A stretch of DNA of 32,000 nucleotides from Coprobacillaceae bacterium (GTDB lineage: Bacteria; Bacillota_I; Bacilli_A; Erysipelotrichales; Coprobacillaceae): the NCBI GenBank assembly GCA_963675915.1, contig OY780959.1, positions 570,001 through 602,000 of the forward strand. The letters are read 5' to 3'. Positions 17,664-24,313 of this stretch are shown in pieces. A program made the position numbers and the translations under genes. The first letter of the stretch is position 1; each line of letters opens with the position of its first letter. The notes under the pieces were generated by a model. The model was not told the DNA's origin and did not search any database. It saw nothing but the letters and a program-made list of their open reading frames with translations.

Positions 17664-18512
17664 ATGAATATATTTTTGCTATTGAAATCAGAAAAAATGT
17701 CTCCTAATGAAAAAATAGTGGCGGATTTCATTTTGGAACAGCCAACTGCATTCCTCAATATGAATGCAAAGCAGATTTCCAAAACATGTTTTGTTTCAGT
17801 GGCAACTATTTACCGATTATGTGAGCGACTAAATCTTGGCGGATTGTCGGAATTGAAATTGAAAGTTTCTAGTTCACTTGAGTCATATCTTCAACTGGAT
17901 GAAGGATTCGACTATGATTTCCCCGTTCAGGAAAATAACTCGCCAATTCAAATTGGTAACCAGTTGAGTGTTGACTACCAAAAAACTGTTGAAACAACTC
18001 TTAATCTTTTTGATGAAAAGGAAATCAGGAAAATAGTAAAAGCTATGGATAAGGCTGATGCAATAGATGTCTATACATCGGCTGGGAATATATATTTTGC
18101 TCAAAATTTCATGTTTCAAATGAATGAAATCGGGAAAACAGTAAATGTTCCCATTGAAGAGTACCATCAAAGATTATGTGCAGCTTCGAGTGATAAAAGG
18201 CATATTGCAGTAATTATATCATTTGGAGGGAGAGGTCTTCTGGTTGAAAATATTGCTAAAATATTAGTAGAAAATGGCACCCCTATTATTTTCATTTCGT
18301 CATTTGATTTTAAAATGTCTAATGTGAAAACAGACTTCAACCTCTATATGAGCCCATATGAAAATCACTATAAGAAGATATCCTCGTTTTCGACCAGGTT
18401 ATCTCTGCTTTATCTTTTAGATGTAATTTATACCTGTTATTTTGAACTAGATCATCAGAATAACATTGCCAAGAAATTGGATTATTATAGTAAAATAAGA
18501 AGGATCAAATAA
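17664..18512 (+). CDS. RpiR/MurR-family transcriptional regulator (HTH_6 plus SIS domain)
   Basis: AAAAGGGG RBS 8 nt before the ATG at 17664. IVADFILEQP...AKQISKTCFVSVATIYRLCERLNLGG HTH. SIS-like AIDVYTSAGNIYFAQ. Confidence 0.75.
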   Translation: MNIFLLLKSEKMSPNEKIVADFILEQPTAFLNMNAKQISKTCFVSVATIYRLCERLNLGGLSELKLKVSSSLESYLQLDEGFDYDFPVQENNSPIQIGNQLSVDYQKTVETTLNLFDEKEIRKIVKAMDKADAIDVYTSAGNIYFAQNFMFQMNEIGKTVNVPIEEYHQRLCAASSDKRHIAVIISFGGRGLLVENIAKILVENGTPIIFISSFDFKMSNVKTDFNLYMSPYENHYKKISSFSTRLSLLYLLDVIYTCYFELDHQNNIAKKLDYYSKIRRIK

Positions 18513-18567
18513 CAATATCAAAGAATAATTACGATACAATATATTTAGATAATATCTAGAATAAATT

Positions 18568-18592
18568 AGGCAATCTTGGATTGCCTTTTTCT
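18568..18592 (+). terminator. Rho-independent terminator after the RpiR gene
   Basis: AGGCAATC (18568-18575) / GATTGCCT (18579-18586) followed by TTTTT. Confidence 0.65.
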
Positions 18593-18661
18593 TATGTGAA
18601 AATGAAAGGGAGTTATAGCAAATGAGTTGCATTATCGAATTTGAAGAGTGTGAGGATAAAC

Positions 18662-20485
18662 ATGGAAAACAGTGAAATCAAAAAATTGAAATCAAAAATT
18701 GCCCCATTGAATCTAAGTTTTGGAAGAAATCATATACGAATGGGTGATAAATACCAACGGGTCATTACAGTAATTGAATTTCCTGACCGGTTCTATTCCG
18801 GTATTTTGTCAGGTCTAGTATCCAGCGGGGACCCGGATATCAAGGTTGAAATGGTGACCAGGCAAAGTGATTATTCGATTGCCAATCTGATCAACCGAGA
18901 GGTAAAAACCATGGAAATGGAATATCGAAATTCCAACGTCACGAATAAGGAGGCGTTGGCCCAAAAAATGGAAAGTCTTGAGGATTACATCAAGGAGCTC
19001 ATCAGAAGGAAAGATCGCACCTACAATGTGTTGCTAAATATTACGGTATCGGATCATAATCTAAACAAACTTAATGAGAAGACCAAAGATATCAAGGAGA
19101 ATCTAATAGCGTATGGATATAAGTCTGCGACAATAGATTTCAATCAAGAGAAGTTACTGAAGAAAACATCCGTCTGGTTCTACCACGATAATTACAATGA
19201 CGATATGAATTATAACCTGGGATGTTTGATGTCAGCCCAGAGTCTCGCGGGCCTATATCCTTTTATCTTCGACACCTTGGATGATGAACACGGACTGTTA
19301 TTGGGTCATGAACTCAATAATTTCGGCAAGATAGTATTTGATCAATTCTTCTACAAAAATAGCTATGAGCAGGCCAAAGTTTACAACCGTTTGAATGGGA
19401 ATATGATTGTCATCGGAGCCACCGGACAAGGAAAAACTACAACAGTAAATATGATCATGATGAATCATATGGTCAATCGTCGAAAGATACTGTGGATCGA
19501 TCCTGAAAATAAAATCAAAACATTGATAGAAAAGACCAATGGCTCGTTCTTCAATCTAGGGTCGAATAATGCGAGAATAAATATCTTTGATTTGAAACCA
19601 ATCTCCAGTGACGAAGACGAGGAAGTTGATATGTATAATACCGAGTTGGCCATTTACAATGTAGTTGAAGATATCAAAATCGTCTTAGGGTATCTATATC
19701 CGGATATAAAAGCTGAAACTCTTGCAATAATCGGTGATCTTGTAGTCAGGACTTATGAGTCGATAGGGATCGACTTCAAAACGAATTTCAAGTACTTGAA
19801 GGCTACCGACTATCCGACGTTCACTCATTTTTCTTCTATCGTCGATGAAAGAATTACCCAATACGAAAATATCAGTTCCGGAAATATTGAATACAACGCG
19901 TTGCGGGATATTCAAAACAAACTGGTGCCGATTCTAACGGAGTATGCCCGATATTTTGATGGCAGCACCACGATCAATACCGACGAAAATGCTAATCCGT
20001 TTATCGGCTTTGGAACCAAGATATTTTTCAATCAGACAGAAAAAGTGAGAAATGCGATCATGCATATCATCTTCCAGTTTGCCTGGTCCTTGTGTCTGGA
20101 TGAATCCGAATTCAGTGCATTCTGCATTGATGAAGCCCATCTAATGATCAATGAAGGAACAACTGCCAAGATGGTAGAACAGTTCATGAGACGCTCCAGA
20201 AAATACAATAACGCCACTATAATCTCTACTCAGGAGAGCAACGACTTTACCAATGAAGAGAACCTATCAAAAGGTAAGGCAATATTCAATAATGCCTGTT
20301 ACAAAATCATCATGAAACTCGAGCTTAACGGTATTAGTGATCTGAATAAATTGATGTATCTTACTGATGGTGAAAGTAATTTAATCGGCGATTTAAGCCA
20401 GGGAGAGGCTATTCTAATCGCTGGTAAGAAACGGATTCCAATAGCGGTAAGGTTGACACCTGAAATGCTGTCACTAATGTCATGA
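18662..20485 (+). CDS. virB4: VirB4-family T4SS ATPase (central and ATPase domains only)
   Basis: GAGGA RBS at 18653-18657. IAPLNLSFGRNHIRMGDKYQRVITVIEFPDRF (VirB4 mid-domain pattern). Walker A GATGQGKTT. Walker B AFCIDEAH. Confidence 0.85.
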   Translation: MENSEIKKLKSKIAPLNLSFGRNHIRMGDKYQRVITVIEFPDRFYSGILSGLVSSGDPDIKVEMVTRQSDYSIANLINREVKTMEMEYRNSNVTNKEALAQKMESLEDYIKELIRRKDRTYNVLLNITVSDHNLNKLNEKTKDIKENLIAYGYKSATIDFNQEKLLKKTSVWFYHDNYNDDMNYNLGCLMSAQSLAGLYPFIFDTLDDEHGLLLGHELNNFGKIVFDQFFYKNSYEQAKVYNRLNGNMIVIGATGQGKTTTVNMIMMNHMVNRRKILWIDPENKIKTLIEKTNGSFFNLGSNNARINIFDLKPISSDEDEEVDMYNTELAIYNVVEDIKIVLGYLYPDIKAETLAIIGDLVVRTYESIGIDFKTNFKYLKATDYPTFTHFSSIVDERITQYENISSGNIEYNALRDIQNKLVPILTEYARYFDGSTTINTDENANPFIGFGTKIFFNQTEKVRNAIMHIIFQFAWSLCLDESEFSAFCIDEAHLMINEGTTAKMVEQFMRRSRKYNNATIISTQESNDFTNEENLSKGKAIFNNACYKIIMKLELNGISDLNKLMYLTDGESNLIGDLSQGEAILIAGKKRIPIAVRLTPEMLSLMS

Positions 20486-21123
20486 AGAAATTGATAATTT
20501 CTGCAACTGCGTTTTGTTTTGTATTCATTATGTTTATATTTCTAGTGGCAGTGATTGGTGATGAAAGTGAAAGCAGCATCGAAAAAACGACGAATAATTG
20601 TAATAGTAGTTTAGTAGAAAATTTTATTGAGTACGCAACAAGTGAATACGAAACCTGCGGCAGTGTACTCGGTGGAGACAAATATCGTGAGTGGTATATC
20701 GGCAGCATTGACAATGAGCCATGGTGTGCCACTTTTGTCAGTTATATTGCCGCCAAGACCGGTATCTTGTATACCGTGATTCCAAAATTCCAATCGTGTG
20801 ATGCAGGAATTAGATGGTTCAGTGAAAACGATCAATATTTCAACACTACTGAATATGGTGGTAGTTATGATGAACCTTCACCTGGTGATATCGTATTTTT
20901 CTCACAAGTTCATGATAAAAATGACAGTACCCATGTAGGAATCGTTGTGTCATATGAAAATGGAGAAGTAACTACGATTGAAGGCAACTCGGGAAACCAG
21001 ATTAAAATGAAGTCATATAACATTAATAGTAAATTTATAATCGGATATGCAGTTCCTGATTACACAAGTTCAACCGTAATCAGGTCAAATTTAACGAGAG
21101 GAGGTGAAGATGCAAATGATTAA
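20482..21123 (+). CDS. Membrane-anchored CHAP-domain peptidoglycan hydrolase (VirB1 analogue)
   Basis: 4-nt overlap with virB4. N-terminal TM helix. Catalytic EPWCATFVSY and THVGIVV...TIEGNSGN. Confidence 0.8.
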   Translation: MKKLIISATAFCFVFIMFIFLVAVIGDESESSIEKTTNNCNSSLVENFIEYATSEYETCGSVLGGDKYREWYIGSIDNEPWCATFVSYIAAKTGILYTVIPKFQSCDAGIRWFSENDQYFNTTEYGGSYDEPSPGDIVFFSQVHDKNDSTHVGIVVSYENGEVTTIEGNSGNQIKMKSYNINSKFIIGYAVPDYTSSTVIRSNLTRGGEDAND

Positions 21124-21661
21124 TAAAAATAGATTTTCAGTTTTGGGGATAGTAGGAGTAATCTTGGTCAGTCTTGTGGGATGTTACTTAATTACAGCCA
21201 AAACGGATGATGATAATCAAATCCCCGTATATGCGGCCAACGATTTGAAAGTGGTAAATAAAGAATACTTATCCAATCATGGTTTGGATGAAGTTGGCCA
21301 GAATATGCTTTATGAAAATATACTCTGGCTTCTAAGAGAAGAACGCATACAGATGATGGTGGATTATACGCAGGTTACATTCTATGATATTGATTTGCAT
21401 GAAGACAATCTTACTTATTTTTATTGCATGCTTGATGATGAAAAAGGAACGATTCTGGAATGTCAAATTGAGATGTCTGATGAGTACGGTGTTTTCAACA
21501 ATATCGATGTGGGCATACTTTCTAGTATCGATAATCTCTATAAGGAATCAACTAAAACAGGAATCAAATACATCGAGTTATATGACGGGATAAGTTATCA
21601 AAAAATATTGTTGAATTATGTTGAAAACGAGGCACCTGACGGAATTGATCCCGAAGGTTAG
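21110..21661 (+). CDS. Putative lipoprotein of the T4SS cluster (possible VirB8-like role; function unproven)
   Basis: GAGAGGAGG RBS. Lipobox LVGC in VILVSLVGCYLIT. Confidence 0.5.
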   Translation: MQMINKNRFSVLGIVGVILVSLVGCYLITAKTDDDNQIPVYAANDLKVVNKEYLSNHGLDEVGQNMLYENILWLLREERIQMMVDYTQVTFYDIDLHEDNLTYFYCMLDDEKGTILECQIEMSDEYGVFNNIDVGILSSIDNLYKESTKTGIKYIELYDGISYQKILLNYVENEAPDGIDPEG

Positions 21662-21674
21662 TATTTATGTTTAG

Positions 21675-21694
21675 AGGTGGCAAAATTGCCACCT
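21675..21694. repeat. Palindrome family copy 3: AGGTGGCAAAATTGCCACCT
   Basis: 14 nt after the stop of the lipoprotein gene. It is the only copy followed directly by a T-run (TTTTA). Confidence 0.9.
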
Positions 21695-21769
21695 TTTAGA
21701 TTTTTAGATTATTTTTAATAATTCACCACAGGAAAGTGGCGACGGAGTTTTAAGAAAGGAAATTGGAAT

Positions 21770-22015
21770 ATGGAAAAACAAAAGACTGCTCTGAAAGTTG
21801 GATACTATTTTAGTCTGATTGATTGTGATGATGCCAAGCATATTGATTTGGAGAATACCGGAATTAAGGTGAAGCTTGACAATGGAATCTATGAGCTTCA
21901 TCGTGGAGCGACGTTTGAGGAGTCACAGAAGATTGATCGACTCATGGATAATAGTATTCAACATAGAATTGACGATTATCGAATAGACAAGTCAAGAGGT
22001 GGATTGACTAGATAG
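21770..22015 (+). CDS. Hypothetical protein (81 aa)
   Basis: ORF with a weak AAAGGAA RBS and no recognisable motif. Confidence 0.4.
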   Translation: MEKQKTALKVGYYFSLIDCDDAKHIDLENTGIKVKLDNGIYELHRGATFEESQKIDRLMDNSIQHRIDDYRIDKSRGGLTR

Positions 22016-22208
22016 GGTATCTAAAGAATGGGTGACGGGAAGGTTATGATTATGTCACCCATGGAATTTCTTAGCAGGTTAAGGGGTTTGTATTACAAAA
22101 TTGAAATTTTTGTCATCCAAACCCAGGGAACAACGCACCAACGGTGCGTTTTGACGTATGACAAGATGTAAACGGATGGGTGACATTAAATGATGTCACC
22201 TTTAATAT
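22016..22208. other. Candidate oriT: 193-bp non-coding region with three hairpins upstream of the relaxosome operon
   Basis: Hairpin A: ATGGGTGAC (22028-22036) / GTCACCCAT (22054-22062). Hairpin B: AACGCACC-AAC-GGTGCGTT (22132-22150). Hairpin C: GGTGACAT (22179-22186) / ATGTCACC (22193-22200). The 9-mer ATGGGTGAC recurs at 22028 and 22176. Confidence 0.45.
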
Positions 22209-22241
22209 TTGTATGACAAAGATTTTGGAGAAGGAGTAGTT

Positions 22242-22646
22242 ATGGCGAATATGACGAGTAAAAGGTTATCGGTAAGGATTGATGATTCTACCTCAGCCAA
22301 GTTGGATTTTCTGATGACATGTCTGGGATCCCTGGTTGAAAACAATAGTACGTCTTCATTGATCAAGTACCTGATCGATGCCAAATTCAATGAGATTTCA
22401 ACTGGTATGCCCGGCAAACCAAATGACATATCAATGGATGAAATTCGAATGGGGAAAATAGATTATATCTTCGAGTATCTTGAGTTAATGGTGAAAGTGG
22501 ATCCCAATATCAAAGAGTTTTTTCTAGATGCCAACAACAATGAAAAAGAGGAGCTTATCGATAGATACGTGAATGCATCGTCGAGATTTAGAAAATATAT
22601 CGAAAGGAAAATTGAGTTGAAGGTGCATGATAGTGAGCAAGGATAA
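22242..22646 (+). CDS. Ribbon-helix-helix relaxosome accessory protein (pLS20 Aux1-like position)
   Basis: AAGGAG RBS. N-terminal KRLSVRIDDSTSAKLDFL fits an RHH beta-strand plus helix. Confidence 0.55.
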   Translation: MANMTSKRLSVRIDDSTSAKLDFLMTCLGSLVENNSTSSLIKYLIDAKFNEISTGMPGKPNDISMDEIRMGKIDYIFEYLELMVKVDPNIKEFFLDANNNEKEELIDRYVNASSRFRKYIERKIELKVHDSEQG

Positions 22647-23040
22647 TATAATCTCATTAAGAATTGGTGAAGATATTCAGAAAAAAATGGACACGATTAT
22701 CAACTTGCTCAATGAGAAAAGTATCAATAAGGTGAGTGGATATGAAGTATCCAAATCGGAAGCGATCATATCTGCTATTGAGCTTTATTATTTTTCGCTT
22801 GTCAATGAAGATAGTGCTGGAATTGTCTATGACACCATCGTCAATGCAATCAATACTTATCTGCGCTCACAAGTAAAGGTGGACAATTATTTCAAGAACA
22901 ATCTTCTTACTGAAGTGATTATCAATCAGGAGATGATCAAAGAAATGTTGCAAATTAATAAAATCGATTATGAAGATATTTCAGAGATCATCCAGGACAG
23001 GATCAATGAACGGATTATGACAGGTACTCAAGATGGATAA
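22627..23040 (+). CDS. Second RHH-like relaxosome accessory protein (Aux2-like position)
   Basis: It overlaps both neighbouring genes. N-terminal IISLRIGEDIQKKMDTIINLL is RHH-like. Confidence 0.5.
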   Translation: MIVSKDNIISLRIGEDIQKKMDTIINLLNEKSINKVSGYEVSKSEAIISAIELYYFSLVNEDSAGIVYDTIVNAINTYLRSQVKVDNYFKNNLLTEVIINQEMIKEMLQINKIDYEDISEIIQDRINERIMTGTQDG

Positions 23041-24229
23041 CGAAGTTCTGATATGCGAGATGCGATTTTTCGAGTATGGAAGTCCGGCACCAGAGGGTTC
23101 GAGATACAAAGGGACTGTCGATAGTGAGTCACTGGCTGGTTATATCGAATACACGCAACGAGAAGAAGCAAATGAAAAACATTGTGAAGATACCCTTCAT
23201 GAAGGAGGATATCTAGGGTATACCAGCAAGGAGGAAAGTACCTTCAGTTCCATTGGTTGGCTAAATGATGAAAATGAAAAACAGTTTAGAAATGAACTGT
23301 TGGATGCATTCAGCAATCCTGGTGATTTATGGTGGGAAATTATTTTTTCGATTGATAGTTTCGACACCGCCTATAAATTCGGGTTGAAGAATGTCGATGA
23401 TTATAAGGAGTATGTATCAAGTACCATGAACGGTATTTTCAAACAAATGGGTTTTGATGGCGATAACATGTTGTGGTGGGGCAACTATCACAAGGATACC
23501 ACTCATCCTCATGTCCATATCAATTTCATGGAAAAGGAAAAAACCAGGATCAAAGGAAAACTTAGGAAGAACGAATTAAAAAAAGTCAAAATCGAGTTTG
23601 CCAAGAATCTTGATTTGCGAGCAAGACTAGAAGAGCACACTAAGATGAGCAGCGAGGAATTTTTCGAGAACAAAGATATCCGGTTCAATGACTTGTTGGA
23701 GGTAATTGATCGTGATGTTTTGGCCAAGCCAATCAGGTCGGTTAGTGAGCTATACAAGATATTGCCGGACACAGGGAGGCTGCAGTATAACTCGGTGCAT
23801 ATGAAGCCGTTTAGAAAACAAATCGCCATGGTTGTTGATGAGGTATTGAAAGATCCTAAAATCAAACGCCAACTAACGAGTTACTACAATACTATTGAAG
23901 TCTTAGCTTCAAATATGGATGACTACTATTCCAGCAATAACAACAGAGGCGATGTAAATACCATTGTCAGTGCTGAGCAAAGGAGGTTGCATGAACGAAT
24001 TGCCAATCTGATTCTCAAAAAACACAAGACAAAGGTAATAGCCAAAAGGGTAAAGCCCGGTGGGAAACACAGCCCCAAAGGAAAAAGAAGAGACTTGAAA
24101 AAACCGTTTGGAAATCGTCATGCCAAAAAGATAACGCAACGATATCTGGATTTCTGCAATTTTCAAATTCAACGAGAAATGGATGAGTGGCAAAAAGCCA
24201 ACGATATTTATGACAGTATCCAAAAATGA
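23033..24229 (+). CDS. Conjugative relaxase, MobL (RelLS20)-like
   Basis: GYIEYTQREEA (Tyr motif) and NYHKDTTHPHVHINF (HxDxxxPHxH histidine triad). Basic C-terminal tail. It lies between the RHH genes and the coupling protein. Confidence 0.7.
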   Translation: MDNEVLICEMRFFEYGSPAPEGSRYKGTVDSESLAGYIEYTQREEANEKHCEDTLHEGGYLGYTSKEESTFSSIGWLNDENEKQFRNELLDAFSNPGDLWWEIIFSIDSFDTAYKFGLKNVDDYKEYVSSTMNGIFKQMGFDGDNMLWWGNYHKDTTHPHVHINFMEKEKTRIKGKLRKNELKKVKIEFAKNLDLRARLEEHTKMSSEEFFENKDIRFNDLLEVIDRDVLAKPIRSVSELYKILPDTGRLQYNSVHMKPFRKQIAMVVDEVLKDPKIKRQLTSYYNTIEVLASNMDDYYSSNNNRGDVNTIVSAEQRRLHERIANLILKKHKTKVIAKRVKPGGKHSPKGKRRDLKKPFGNRHAKKITQRYLDFCNFQIQREMDEWQKANDIYDSIQK

Positions 24230-24249
24230 AGGTGGCAATTCTGCCACCT
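24230..24249. repeat. Palindrome family copy 4: AGGTGGCAATTCTGCCACCT
   Basis: It starts 1 nt after the relaxase TGA stop. One mismatch in the arms. Confidence 0.85.
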
Positions 24250-24274
24250 GGTAACATTTATTTTCGATTGTGAA

Positions 24275-24294
24275 GGTGTGGCAATATTGCCACC
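24275..24294. repeat. Palindrome family copy 5: GGTGTGGCAATATTGCCACC
   Basis: The core GTGGCAATATTGCCAC (24278-24293) is a perfect 16-bp palindrome. It lies 20 nt before the coupling-protein start. Confidence 0.85.
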
Positions 24295-24313
24295 GCTATT
24301 TGGAGGTGATTAA

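Noticed and set aside
9686-18658. Shared 8-mer GTGAGGAT at 9686-9693 and 18651-18658 as a possible recombination scar or direct repeat bounding the 8.9-kb wedge
   Set aside because: Both are Shine-Dalgarno sequences placed 5-6 nt before an ATG. The flanks match only about 4 of 8 positions, and joining at the repeat does not give an in-frame VirB4 fusion.
23509-24257. Minus-strand ORFs of 118, 112 and 80 aa antisense to the relaxase gene
   Set aside because: The relaxase frame carries conserved catalytic motifs. The antisense ORFs have no start context or motifs.
5047-24294. The GGTGGCAA..TTGCCACC palindromes as ordinary Rho-independent terminators, or their TTGCCA arm as a -35 box
   Set aside because: Only copy 3 has a downstream T-tract. 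I checked for -10 hexamers 16-18 nt downstream of the TTGCCA (or, in copy 4, CTGCCA) arm. Copy 1 has TAATAT only 7 nt away, copy 3 has only a weak TATTTT-like match, and copies 2, 4 and 5 have none. Neither explanation fits the family as a whole.
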